A DNA stretch of 63,765 bases, the filler included, from Octopus bimaculoides (taxonomy: Eukaryota), in assembly GCF_001194135.2 (NCBI RefSeq). It is 5 parts of 5 records of this genome, joined end to end, with 100 filler letters (N's around TTAATTAATTAA, not from the genome) between each part and the next. Parts side by side here need not be neighbours in the genome. Positions count along the whole stretch, not along the records: positions 25,759 to 44,254 come from NC_068984.1; 4 more parts are not named here. One strand, written 5' to 3'. The position numbers and the translations under genes are program-made. The notes beneath the pieces were generated by a model. The model did not search any database. It saw only the letters and a list, made by a program, of their open reading frames with translations, and was not told where the DNA came from. Position 1 is the stretch's first letter. Every line of letters starts with the position of its first letter. Of this stretch, positions 25,759 through 39,510 are shown in pieces.

Positions 25759-27063
25759 GGTAGGTCTTGGGAAATAGGTTTGTTAAAATCCCGTCTTATT
25801 ACAGAATTATCAGGTCGGAGGTGGCAAGTCTTGAAAATGGACTGGTTAAATTCCAGTCTCATTGCCGATACAGACGTTCTGTATGTATTTAATAAAATTT
25901 TATGAGACTTTGTATCCATTTCGTATAGTTCATAATTTTGAAATTTTTCAGACAGTTCTGCTATTCTGGTGGCTGATTTTTTGGCTTTTATTTCTCTCAT
26001 TAAATCAACATTTTTGCTGTGAAGTGCTACTATCCCTCTGTCCTCCACTTCTTTCCTTGTTATTTGGGGTCGGTTTCTTTTTGCTGCTTTTCTTGGTCGT
26101 TGTTCTATTTGTTTTACTTGGTTAGCATTTTCTATTTTTCTTTTGCTGGTAATTTTCTTTCCTTCGGTTTCTTTATCGTTCCCTTCCTCCTCACCTTCAG
26201 ATTCCTCCTCACCTTCCTTACAGTATTTTTTTTATATGGCCTATCTGACCGCACTGAAAACATCGGGGTTTACGCCCCTCGACAAAACCGTTGAGGAACA
26301 ACTCCTCCCCAACTTCTATTTTTTCTGGAAGCTGTTCTAAAACTTTTGCTCCGTTTGTATAATGAAGTGGACCATGTGGCCGGTCCAATTTGCCTTTTCA
26401 GAGACGTTAACCTGAAGATATTTATCTCCTCTATTTTTTTTGACAGGACTGCCGCTATCAACCACATAGGGTCGACTTTAGGAGGGACCTTTGTTATTCG
26501 TATGCTGGCAGTCCTCATACCCATGTATATAGGTATTAGAATTAAATCTTCTGTTTCCATTGAATTTATCGAGTGCATCTGTGCCGTTTCAATATTTTTT
26601 AGTTGTACTTCGATGGTGCCGAATTTTTTTACCTCTGGTCAGATATGTGATATCCTGCCAGATGGATTTCAAACATTTTTCCACTCTCTCCTCGCTTACT
26701 CGGTCAATTTTTTTTTCCTTTTTACAGTATGTCTTGTATATGATAGTTTTTTTTCTTTACTGACAATAAATGTTCTTCTGGGGGTTGAACCTTGAGAACC
26801 CCGTCTTGAATTGTAATCATGTATTTGTACATTAGTAAGTCCTTTTTATTCGTCGACAACTGGCGTGTTCCACCTCCAGCCGCCGACGCAAAACTTCTTT
26901 TTTGTTTATTTCCTTCATCATTATTCCTCTTTGTAACGGTAGAATTCGTTGGTTTTGGCAATTCACCTTCCGAAGAATCCGAAACATCTCCAAACAATAA
27001 ACTTTCAATATTTTTTCCATCGGTTAACGACTCGTAGCCAGACGAAGATACACTATTTGGCAT
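25759..27063 (-). pseudogene. Non-LTR retrotransposon ORF1 (gag-like, CCHC zinc knuckle), Tx1/L1-like, frameshifted
   Basis: MPNSVSS start at 27063; joined frames give LPEKIEVGEELFLNGFVEGRKPR-CFQCGQIGHIKK(Y)C (CX2CX4HX4C at 26220-26262 with one extra A), followed by a charged coiled-coil-like tail; runs into a gap. Confidence 0.75.
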
Positions 27064-27267
27064 CTTGCCAGCAATTAATGCCCCCCCCCCACACACACAC
27101 AGGGGAAAACACACGATAGTTTTCGAACGAAGACTATCACACAAATAATTATAACAGGAACACTAATTATAACAGAAAATAACACAAAAACAGTCAATAG
27201 AAACTTGCACTTACTATACGAACGCACTCAAATAATTACTAATAAATCCAAACTCACGGAGTCGTTA

Positions 27268-27358
27268 TACCGCTAAGCATTTCAACCGGCGTCACACAGA
27301 CGAAATACCGCTAAGAATTTCGCCTGGTGCGCTAACTTTTCTGCCAGCTCCCCGCTTT
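27268..27358 (-). mobile_element. SINE family A 5' fragment with local duplication
   Basis: Reverse complement aaagcggggagctggcagaaaagttagcgcaccaggcgaaattcttagcggtatttcgtctg; taccgctaag occurs twice. Confidence 0.75.
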
Positions 27359-29281
27359 ACGCGCACGTTTTATATTGCATAAAAAATGTAGTGCTAAGTT
27401 TTTCCTCTCGAAATTCTCTTCACTTTCACTGTGTGTCGTACATTTATTAGTTTCTTCCAAAATTGTAAATTGCTTGCTTCAGTTTTCAGACGCCAATCCA
27501 AATTAGTAGCCTTTTCTTTTGTATCATTTTTATAGTTTGCTACCTTAATTTCCCTGCTTCATTTTTCAGATGACAGTCCAAATTAGAAGACTTCTTTTGT
27601 CTCATTTTTATTGTTTGTTTCCTTAAGAATACTTTTTGTCGAGACCTTATTTACCTCAACCCTCTAGCCTTTAAACAGGCCATTTCATATTCAGCTAATA
27701 TCACCTGTCTATTGATCAAACCAGCCAGATCTGTATTCTTCCACCTCTGTAAGTAAAAAAAGATCAACACTACCATCATTAAAATCTCAAAGCTACGACG
27801 TAACGTATGATTAATTTAGAATAATGTGAATTAATTTCCATTATTGATAATGTAATCTGAATGATAAAGGGTTAAATTTCACCTTCTTAATCACCTCTTC
27901 ATCCATATTTTCTGAGGCGGCATTCGAAGAATGGAAGATATTTCGTTTTTATGTAACACCCTAGACCACCTAGATATTAGAGACACATTCTTGAATTCAG
28001 TAACCGATTGACAGGTATATCCTATTTGACTGATTTGTTGCTCCAGCATGAGATTGGTAAATACCGAGCAAGGAAATTATAAGACTTGAAAATGTTTTCA
28101 TAAAATATTATCTTGCAAGTCAGAACTGCTAAAATTTAAATAAATATCAAACAAAAATAATGTGTATATCAATACGGTTTGTCCAACCGAGTATAATCAT
28201 TAAACAGTAAGAGCTACACTGATATTCCCATGATGCACGGTGATAAATTACTGTTCTAACATTACATAGTTAATATTAAATAGTAGCTTATCATAAAATA
28301 CGAATATCTAACAATTTATTATCATAGATCTGACGGACAAACATCATCAAAATACAGACATTGGTGCTCTTTGAAATGAATAAATTCATCATTTTGCTCT
28401 TGTCAGACATAAAAATAAAGAGGGGAAAAAACTGGTGCACGGAAAATGAGAGGTTAAAATAATAATTATAAAGTAGCAGCAAATCAGTTAGAGTGTTTAT
28501 TCTAGACAGTAGTTCAGCGAAGTTGAAGCAAAGATCATTAGAAAAAAGACTGGCTCAATTCAACAACACCCAAATCAGTTAAGCATGGCAGACATTGATT
28601 TTAACGTATCGAAAACTATAGGAATTGTGATATACTCCTCGAAACCGATGCAAAGTTTATAGTCTGTGCCAGAAATACTAATGCGTAACCGAACAAACTA
28701 TTCACATACGCATTAAGAAATTTTGGTTTTCAGATTTAATTATCTACAGTCATGTATAACAGGCGATCGAATCACTTCTACATTAACATGCGTATTTATA
28801 TATTAAAAGTTGACCACCTCTTAAATATATAAATTCTTTAAAATAAAAAAAATATATTAGAAGATATTTGGAATCCCAATTAATATTACTCGAACCTTTA
28901 CTCATAATTCTTGTATCTGGCAGTCTTAATCTCTCTTCCATTCTCTCTCTGGTCATATATATATATATATATATATATANNNNNNNNNNNNNNNNNNNNN
29001 NNNNNNNNNNNNNNNNNNNNNNNNNNNNNNNNNNNNNNNNNNNNNNNNNNNNNNNNNNNNNNNNNNNNNNNNNNNNNNNNNNNNNNNNNNNNNNNNNNNN
29101 NNNNNNNNNNNNNNNNNNNNNNCGAACAAACCCTGCGCGTTCTTCTACAAGACTTTAAAAATCTGAAGAACTGCCGCAAATTGTATGAATCTGAGCGGGT
29201 ATATGTTGAATAAAATCATAATTAATTGACCCGCTTCTATTTTCTTTTACTAAAAGCCAAGACATTTTCAACATCCTTCGC

Positions 29282-29325
<44 letters not shown>

Positions 29326-29549
29326 GTTTGTATGGTTGTGTGTAGAAGAATATATTAATCAATGAAATTCCAACTAGGTCTGATTTCCACATTTTGCTAT
29401 TTGCAATTTTGTAATATTGAAATAAATAAGTACATTCATGCGTTACGCATTCATCACGTGTAGCAACAGTCATGTTCCACAATTGACAGTTCTTTGTTCC
29501 ACAATTACAAATAGTAAAACATGAAAATCAGACTTAGTAGGAATTTCAT

Positions 29550-30690
29550 TGATTAACATATTCTTCTATACCCAACCATACAAACTCGGATATATATCTA
29601 TTTTTTTTATACACCACCATGTATGGAAAGCAACAAATGAAATCATCAGAATCAGAAAGAATTTTAAAGGGGATAACATCGTAATTACCAACATTCATCT
29701 CGACGTTTGAAACTGAAACCTCTATCTTGCAAGAAATAAAATAACAGTCTACAGATGGTAAACGAGTGAGTGAACACAGAAACTCTGAAATTAAGAATTT
29801 GTATGAAATTGTACCGACAATTATAAAAGCTTCAAGAGAAAGTCTACCACAACCATCTTGGACGTTAGAACTCAACGAAACAATTTTGGAGAAAGAGGCA
29901 CATCGATAAAGAGAAGATATGTGGAAGACATATCAAAATAATAAAACAAAATTTCTGGAAGGCATAAATGCGAAAAATATGCTGAAATTCATTCTAAATG
30001 GATTTCACCAGCTGCACACATGCTCCAGGAGAACTGGAGGTGGAAGCAAAACTTGGATGGGAGCTCACGATGACAAAGTCCAGGACCGACATCCCCATTA
30101 TCATACGTAAACAATCCCGTTAGAAAGAGAAATACGAAGGTATCGATGATCAAATTGTCGATGAAATTTCAAAGTTGATGACTGGCAATATATCAATATA
30201 CCTGAAAACTGCTAGAAGTATGGATTAGGGATATCTCAAAAGAAAAGAACAGATCTAGACAGTTACAGCAGAAGAAACAATCACTTCTCGATAAATATGC
30301 TGTAAATTACGGTAAAGACTCTGCAACAACGAGAAATAGAAATAAAAGGGTGCAACGACATCAACGCAATAGACACCAGAATGCCGTGAATCGAAGACTA
30401 ACTACGGTCAGAACAATTCGTTATTATTACAAGAACACCATAAAAGCACATAACATGCGTATAAAATGCACTAAAAATACAAACGAAACAGAGATTCCTT
30501 TGATTAGACTATTAGAGATAGAAAAACTAGATCATTTTCAAGATCTCAGCAAAGATTACCTGTGAAGAACTGGACAAGGTAAACAGTCTAGATCCCGAAG
30601 CGAACGTAGATTATTTCCCCAGATTGTTAAAAATAGGCCTAACAGTAAAATGCAAAACAATGTACGAAACAGGACATGAAACATAACGAA
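29550..30690 (+). pseudogene. Decayed RTE-clade LINE fragment (endonuclease-RT linker)
   Basis: Purine-rich coding-like tract; SIPNHTNSD resembles the end of the APE domain; GKQS...PRLLKIGLTVKCKTMYETG resembles GKAxGxD..ELLKxG..IWxTG at the RT start. Many stops and shifts. Confidence 0.45.
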
Positions 30691-32394
30691 ACCAAGTGAA
30701 ATATCACGACCAAAATACAAAGTTCATCTATCTATCCTGTATTTATCTATCTATCGAACAATCTGCCAGTTTGTATGTAGGGATAAGAATTTCATATTAT
30801 ATTGATTTGAATATCTTTGAATAAATCGACGTCTATATGTGAATTTTTCCATTTTCTTCTTTCCTGATTCCTATATATATAAATATATATNNNNNNNNNN
30901 NNNNNNNNNNNNNNNNNNNNNNNNNNNNNNNNNNNNNNNNNNNNNNNNNNNNNNNNNNNNNNNNNNNNNNNNNNNNNNNNNNNNNNNNNNNNNNNNNNNN
31001 NNNNNNNNNNNNNNNNNNNNNNNNNNNNNNNNNNNNNNNNNNNNNNNNNNNNNNNNNNNNNNNNNNNATATATACATGTATGTATGTATGTATGTATGTA
31101 TGTATGTATATTTGTGTGTACATGCATGCATATATTTATGTGTGTATTGTGCAAAGACACTTTTTTCAACCACTACGTTAAAATCAATGAAAGAGTTTTC
31201 AAATCTCAAGACTTAATTCCATTCTATATTAGATGTGTACATTTCAAAAGCTGGATTTGTTTCTTATCTTGAATTCTACTAATTGTCACGTGATAAATTC
31301 AGAGAGATATTGAAAGAAAAATAAATTTATATAGATATACAGGACACACAAACGTACACACACATGCACACTGACACACGTACACGTGCACACACGCACC
31401 CACACACACATTCACACACATGCGTATGCACCTATCTATATTTTATATATGCATACATACATAAATACATGTAAAAACAAGTATATATAATACCCACATT
31501 AATACACACGTACTTACAATTATATACACAAACAGAGACACGCAAGTGCAAAAACACATACATATTTCAAAGAAAGAATTGACTCGTATATTTCATTAAT
31601 AATTTCCCACCAAAAAGCTGCTGGCCATCTGTCAAAATTTGAAACACCTATGTTATGCTCTCGAACATAAATGTAGTCAATGCAGTGTAGAACATAAATG
31701 TTTAATTACCCATAACATACATACTATTGCGGTCACATCACTATATAGCTTCATGTATGAGATATTTCGGCAATCATTTGTATTACTCGTCACGAATTAC
31801 ATACCACTACACGCTTACAGACACTCTGGCTAGCACGCAAAGATACACACAAATATATCTATGATCGTTTACTTACATTCATCTGAAAAACTTTGCAGCG
31901 CATAGGAATGCTTAGACATACTAGGGATGCTTGTAATTAATGACAGCAAATATAAACTAAAACGTATTTATAAAACAAAGGGCATTCAGCGTATCTCAAT
32001 TAAATTAGTTCAGATAATACTTTCGAAAAGACGTTAGGAAGAGATAAATCTGACATGATTTTCTAACACTGACGGATAAAATAAAACTTCTAAAAGCCTC
32101 TGATTACAGCAGCATTTATTGGTCGAAAAGTAACATACTTAATATCTCTAAAACAAGCTTAATATCATGTTATCACACGATAATATGCTCAGACACTATA
32201 TACATGATATGAAATTCGAATCGTGAGGAATTTAATTCAGCTTAAATAAACAAAATACGTATCAACATGTATTGAGTAATCTCTTCTTTCAATTTGGAAC
32301 AATTTGCAAGTAAGTGTATACAAGTAAGTGTATGTATCAGAACGTATATGTGTACGGGAGTACATACATACACACACACACATATACACATATA

Positions 32395-33632
32395 CAGGGT
32401 ATTCCAAAAATGTAAACACACTTCAAATAATTGTAAAGTATGTGTTCATTAAAATACATTTCCTTTTCAAAATTAATAGAAGCTACAGACATCATTTTTG
32501 TCGACGACTGTTTTCAAACTGACGTTTGTTCTGGTCCAGGCACTGCCGACAACGCGGAGCAATGGAATTGCAAACACCACGAAACAATTCGTTTGGTATT
32601 TGTGTGCATTCTCGTTCAATAGCTGCTCTCAAATCAGTGACTGTTGCAGGTTTCATAGCGAAGACTTTATCTTTTAGGTATCCCCATAAAAGTCTAGTGG
32701 TGCGAGGTCTGGTGAGTGCGGAGGGTATTTGAATACCTTCGTCGAATGCACCTGTTTGGCAAGATTTCTTCAAGGAAGGATCTAATATCATGTGTGAAGG
32801 TGTCCCATCTTGCTGAACATAAAACTCCTCATCTTCAAAATCTTCTCTAATGCTTGGCATGACAGACTGTTGCTGCATGTTCAAGTAAACGGGACCAGTC
32901 ACAGTAACGTCAAATAATGGTCTAATTAATCCCCTTGATGATAAGCCACACCACACTGTAACTTTTGGTAAATTAGCATGGTGGTCCACCATAACATATT
33001 TATTCTCAGGTTCCCAGTAAGTGAAATTGTGGCGGTTAATTGAACCACTTAATTTGAATGTGGCCTCATCATTCCACACAATCTTTGTTCGAAAGTGTGC
33101 ATCTTCTACATATCGTACCAAGTAGCACTCGCAATACTGCACTCGTCGGTTTGAACCATCATCATTATTAATAGCATGGACTAATCTTGGAACGTAACTT
33201 TTCCATTGACAACGCTTCAAAATGCGTTAAACAGACTATTTTGATATGCCTACCTTTCGACTCGCTTGCCGCACAGATTTTCATGGACTTTCGTAATACG
33301 TTTCCAGCACTCCTACATGCTTTGTTGAGGATGTCGATGTTCATGGTCTTGTGGAACGCTTCTCCTGGACATTCTGAACAGTTCGATCGGCTTCAAACTT
33401 ATCTCTAATTCGAGTGATGGTAATTTGCGTTGGTGGATCTGTTTGAAACTCCCTCCTAATCTTTGCACTTCAACTCCGTTTTCACACTTTCTGTAGTATT
33501 TTAGAATAAATTTCCTTTGTCCAAAGCTTCGTCTGACTGCCATCAGCAATTTCAATGGGTCTAATCTGTAAAGAAAAACATCAATTGAGTTATTAGCTGC
33601 TTAAGTGTGTATACATTTTTGGGAACACCCTG
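32395..33632 (-). mobile_element. Near full-length Tc1/mariner-superfamily element (rosa/DD41D-like), decayed transposase
   Basis: TIRs cagggtattccaaaaatgtaaacacactt (32395-32423) / aagtgtgtatacatttttgggaacaccctg (33603-33632); motifs [33 protein letters not shown], (S)[15 protein letters not shown]; N-terminal HTH QRKFILKYYRK. Confidence 0.92.
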
Positions 33633-33643
33633 TTTATATATAT

Positions 33644-33655
33644 AGATCGGAAGAG
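33644..33655 (+). other. Illumina adapter remnant (assembly artefact)
   Basis: AGATCGGAAGAG immediately before an N-gap. Confidence 0.85.
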
Positions 33656-33727
33656 NNNNNNNNNNNNNNNNNNNNNNNNNNNNNNNNNNNNNNNNNNNNN
33701 NNNNNNNTATACATATATATATACATA

Positions 33728-33775
<48 letters not shown>

Positions 33776-34594
33776 TCATTCGTTATATATATGTAATATG
33801 TATGATGTAAGTGTATATATATGTTCGATTGCTGTCATTGGATGAAAGTAGTGTTGGTAGAGGAAATGATAAAAGGAGACAAGAAAAGTAACGAAAATAT
33901 TAGCAGAGGCAAGGAAAGAAAAGGGTAACAGTGGATGTCGGAGGAGGAGAAGGGGTTAAAAGAGAAACAATGTAGAGTGTGCAGGTGTTAATTCATTCAA
34001 GGTAATTAATAAAGAAATACTAGGATGAATTTATAAATAATTAATATCAAATGGAAGACAATGCGTTAGAATTGTAAGCAGTGGGTAGACAGATAAAATT
34101 TGTGAGCTTAAGAACACTTGTGGCGAAGAAATATTGTGGATGTATAAATAAATAAATGAAGAAAAGGACGTGAATTAAATGTAGATGGGTTTCAATGAGC
34201 AAATAAAGGAAGAAATATTTAATTACAGTAAGATAACTGAAAAAGTAGAATTTGGCGTTTGTCCTTTAATTATTGTTCATTTGCAGCATGGCTTCCAGAT
34301 AAAGAAAATTAATTCGTGCTTTAGAGAGGAAATTATAACGTTAGTAAGTTGTAGCAATTTTGCTAAATTGTATTCTTACTGATAGTGACAATTAAGGTTT
34401 TAAATTTTGGCACAGTGCCGGCATTTCTAGGGTAGGTCCCCCTCAGTGTAGTGACGTAAAACTCGATGCACCCGCTGTCCATCATTTTGATGATAATGTT
34501 ATCTGCAATTCCGATAGTGGTCTTTGGCATCTTATTTCGAGAAGGATGCTCCTCAAGTCCTACAGATTCTGAAATAGGTCTTAGGAGATAGTAT

Positions 34595-35430
34595 ATAAGT
34601 GGTGTGATTAATAAGTATCCGCACTGTTGCTATAGAAACGATGCTAAAGCACTCAGAGTGAAACCGCTTAGCACATATTGATGTCGAACTATGTTGCGCA
34701 TGCACTCTAAGTTGTAATATTCTATCTCACTTCCATTGTTTACAGCAGCACTTGGAAGTAAGGTGTGTAGCGTGCGATCATAACATTGACCATAACAGAG
34801 AAAGGTGTGCAGGGAATCGACGATACCTGCTCAGAGGCCTATGCAAAATGTTCAAAAAGTTTTTATCGTTTTCAACACTATGAGGGAGTTCTTGAGCAAC
34901 CGAAACCCGAGTGTCTTTCCGGTCTACTGAAAGCAGTTTTGACATAAATTTGGCTGCCATGCGTCTCATACCCAAATCTTCAGTGATAATGGACTGAACA
35001 GAACCGTAACTAATCTGCACATCCTCTGATTCGACAATTTTCTCTCACAGCTGCACGCACATTTGCGATATCTTACTCAATTCTGTTTGTTGTAGTTCTC
35101 CCAGAACCTTCTTCAATATCGACATTTTTTCGGCCTTGAAAACATCTGAACCATTCGTACACTTGTGTGCGGCCCATACACTCCTCTCCATGTACTTTCT
35201 GCAACTTTGAATAGGCCTCCAGGCAGTTATCGCCATGACAACTTTCTCTGCCATGATCAATGTGAAGATCACACGCTACACACCTTCCTTCCAAGCACTG
35301 CTGTAAACAGTGGAAGTTAGCTAGAACGATAAGATTTAGTGCGCCTGTACAATAGAGTTCAAGGTCAATCAGTGCAAAACGGCTTTATCTTGCGCACTTT
35401 CGCTTTGTTACTATGGCAATAGTCCGGATA
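34595..35430 (-). mobile_element. Non-autonomous mariner derivative with ~190-bp inverted ends (two 5' ends); HTH retained, DDD domain absent
   Basis: Inverted repeats 34616-34804 / 35242-35430; inside, EAYSKLQKVHGEECMGRTQVYEWFRCF..GSGR and ISYGSVQSIITEDLGMRRMAAKF..KLL; stops before the first catalytic Asp. Confidence 0.85.
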
Positions 35431-37918
35431 TCCATTCTCCTTAACTAGCGAGTAGATGCTTCTGTACCTTGTAGCAATCCATCAGCGGAAGGCGGGAACG
35501 AAACCAGCTGCTGAGAAGAGAGACGCCAACTTTTTATTTGTTCTCTCTTTTACCACTTTTTCCTAGTTTCTCTCTTTTCGCCCTCTACCCATCTTCTAAA
35601 AACGGAAATGTGAAAAACCTCATAATTAACTCATTTCACATCTGTGAGCATCTACCCAGAATAATATGCATCCTCATTTACACGTACACACATATATGCT
35701 TTAATAATGTTATTTTGAATCTGATTTAAAACTAAATGGGACAGAAATCTTAATTGCAACGGCCAAACTATAAACATGACTCAAAGTATAATACTCACTA
35801 AATGCAAATGTAAGAGGTGTTTGAAAGATTGCGGAAGTGAAAATACACGAAAAAGATACAAGAAATTTTCTCTTCCAAATTATTCAGTTGTATTCTGCTT
35901 CTTACACTGCACATACAGCGACCTCCTTTCATTAGTCAAAATTAAAAGACAAAGTCAGCCTATAAGTTTATCAACCTACCAAATCACAGGCAGTTGACTG
36001 ATGAAATATTTTTCATTAGAGATTTACTTGTCAAAAGGGCGATAGACTTCGAATATTGAGAACTAAATTTAGCATCGAGAAACAAGAACATAATGCATTT
36101 ATGGTGACGGAAGAAATTTTGAAAATTCATGTTCATTTTTGGCTCCGAATATTTTGGAGCTCCTCTTGTCTACGTATACAGACATAATTAAATATATGCA
36201 TACATACATACATAAATACATACATACATTCATACATACATATATGCATACATAAATACATACATACATATAAATGCATGTAATACACGCGCGCGCACGC
36301 ATACACGCACGCATTAATGAATGGAGAAATCGAAGACCGTCTAGGATGAATGTTTAGTTAAGGCTTAGAATGTAATAGATTGCAACTGAATCTCAAATGA
36401 TAATGAGAGATTTGGAATTGGGTGCGATGAAATCTTTTAAAAGTGAGGTTCAAGGTGTTGCCAATGACGTTTGTTTCTCCTATTAATGCTAATGGATTCC
36501 GCAGCAAAATGAGGTGAGTTCCTTCCCCACGCGACACAGCAACAACAACAACTTCATTAACATACGTTTGTCTGAATTGGCATTTCTAATAACCAATAAA
36601 TCCTTAAAAGCTTCGAAAGATGTTAAGCTTCATTTGCCGGAGAAAAACGGAGAGCCTCAAGTATGTCCATACTAAGTTACATAGAAGCAAGTACAGAATA
36701 TAGGAAAGTCTAACAAAGATTGACTGTCAGTATTTATCGAATCAGAGTGCAGCATTACCACGAAGAGGAATGTGAATGAGTTTCTCAGGTCAGCAACGCC
36801 CAAAAAAGAAGACAATTACCAGCTGCTTATTGAGATGCAAAGTTTTAAAATATGAAAATAAAATTACGTCTTCCCTTATAGACCTTACCCGTAATACTCT
36901 TTCACGCACAGGAAATCTGTCGTGTTTTTACGTTGGTGTATTTACATGTTTTCAAATATACCCAGTTTTGAAATTGTGTGAAAAAGAATAAAGAAACAGA
37001 AAAACTAGTAGACATATTCTTGTATTATATTTTCGAGATTTTCATATTTCAGGAATAGGATGTTTTAGAGTTTCAAATTATAGGATTATGGTATTCATGA
37101 TCGAGTTTTTCGGAATTATAATCTAGGTATCAACCTTAAAAACTTTACTTGCTGCATTCATAATTTCCTTTAATCAAGTGGTGCAGATGTTCCAGTCTTA
37201 TGTTATTTTTAATTCAGTAAAAGTCAGATTCAGGACGTTTTCTTCTTCGTATTTTATCACTAAGTGTTACCTTGGCAAGTACTTTCGATAGGACGATTTA
37301 TGAATTTAATAAAATTTATTATATTTACCTTTATTTCGGCAATTCCATTATTTCGATCCTTAGAATTATTCAATTTTTCTGAAATTACTCTTTTTGTTGC
37401 TTTACATATATTTCTCTTGAAAATTATACGACATCTTTTCAAACATTTTGTTTTGTTATGGTTGGTTGTTTACTCTATCTTACTCATATTCCCACAATTT
37501 GCGTCATGTTCTTCATCATTCACTTTTTGTTGTTTTTACGTTAAGAGTACATCGTTTTTATTTTAAAAATTCTTCCTCTAAAATTTCAATTTTGATATCT
37601 AATATATTTTTTTTTTACTTTGAGGATCAGTTTTCTTAAATCAGATACTTCTTTTTGGTACCTAAATTTACAACGAGTTCTGAGTTATATTTTCTGCGAA
37701 TTCTTTAAGAGTACATTGTCATAATTTTGTTTTGAATGTCAATGAGACACTACACTGCGTGTAAAATGTGAATGTGTTCCTCTTCTGTTTATTAAATATC
37801 ATTTTTGTTTTATTTGCAAGACTGAAACACTAGAATCCAGTCATTTATTTGCATCGTCAACATTTACGTCGGACATTTTCTATATTTTTCTGTAGACTTA
37901 ACGATTAATTTCGAAGTA

Positions 37919-39183
37919 TTAGGTTGTTCCGAAAATAATGGCCGATTTCAGAAATATTTTATTCTGGAAAAATTAACAAAAAAAATGTTTTGAGTAATCA
38001 AAGTATGAGCCGTGAACATCTATACATCGAGATTATTTATGCTTCGTTGATAAATACTTTGTGGCTTTGATGCTAAGATATCTTTGAAAGCTGATTCCAC
38101 CTCTGGTTTGGAGCTGAAAATTTTATCACTTAAAAACGTGTTTAAATGTTTTGAAAATGGGAGTCAGTGGGGCAAGATTAGGAGAATATGGAGGATGTGG
38201 TAAAGTCTCGTATCCCAAGTCTATGAGTTTCTGCAGCATCGTTCTTGCAACATGTGGCCTTGCATTATCGTAGAGTAGAATTGGGCCACAACGCTTCACC
38301 AATGCAGGTATTATATTTTGCAAGTGAGCATGCATTTCACTGAGCTTGATTGCAGTAAACCATTGCTGTCATGCTCCGATTGGCTTACAGAAAGCTTTAA
38401 TAGACAAGACCAATTGCAGACCACCAGGCATTCAGCATAATCCTTTGCAGATGCAACTTTAACTTTGGGAAATTTTAGGGGTGACTCATCATAATCAAGC
38501 CATTGACATGATCGTTTACGGTTATCATAAAGGATCCACTTTTGGTCACAAGTGATTATTCGGTGAAGAAAAGGATCATTGGTGTTTTGCAGAAAGAGCA
38601 TCGAGCACACTTCAAAACGCCGAACATTTTGATTTTCATTGAGCTCATGCGGTACCCATTTATCGAGCTTTTTCATCCCCCCAATATTCTGCCGTTTGCG
38701 TGAGACCGTTGCAATACTGACATCAAGTGCCTGAAACATTTCTATGACACATTGACGTGGCTTTTGTTCAGCAATTGTTCTCAATTATTCATTGTGAAGA
38801 CTGCATGACTGTCCTCTACCTTCTTCATCTTCAATGCTCTCATCACCACTACGGAATTTCTGAAACCACCTTCGTACTGAGCGATGGCTTGTGGACCTCT
38901 CTCCCCATTCTCTGTTGATATTGGCAGCAGTTTGGAAGGCATTGTGCCAAAGCTTCGACTCATGCAAGAAAAGTAAGCATAGGTCCTTTTTTGTTATGTG
39001 CATAATTAAGGGCGCTTATGCTTCAAGAATGTTTTATGTTTGAAATAAATAGAAGATTATTACAGAGCATATATAAATTACTGAGTATGTCGAAATTCAC
39101 CTAAAATACAATCAAAATACTGTAATGAAATAGCGTTTCAAAATACAACACTTGGAGTGGTCATTATTTTCGGAACAACCCAA
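37919..39183 (-). mobile_element. Full-length mariner (Hsmar1/SETMAR-like, DD34D), frameshifted transposase
   Basis: TA|ttaggttgttccgaaaataatggcc ... ggtcattattttcggaacaacccaa|TA; motifs VRRWFQKFRSGD, LDKWVPHEL, IITCDQKW, LYDNARPH, HPPYSPNLAP. Confidence 0.95.
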
Positions 39184-39239
39184 TAGTAGTTTCTATTTTT
39201 AATTAGGATAATTTTAGTTTCTATTTGCATTGTTTAGCT

Positions 39240-39266
39240 TTTACTACTACTACAGCAACAACAACA

Positions 39267-39310
<44 letters not shown>

Positions 39311-39363
39311 CACTACTACTACTACTACTACTACTTCTGCTGCTGCTGACGCTGCTGCTGCTG

Positions 39364-39415
<52 letters not shown>

Positions 39416-39462
39416 CTCTGCTGCTGCTGCCGCTGCTGTTGCTGCCGCTGCTGCTGCTGCTG

Positions 39463-39507
<45 letters not shown>

Positions 39508-39510
39508 ATA
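39240..39510. repeat. Compound (ACT)n/(GCT)n microsatellite
   Basis: Directly visible. Confidence 0.95.

Noticed and set aside
20136-33655. GATCGGAAGAGC motifs resembling the GAAGAGC of the 50002 hammerhead
   Set aside because: Exact Illumina adapter prefix located at contig ends.
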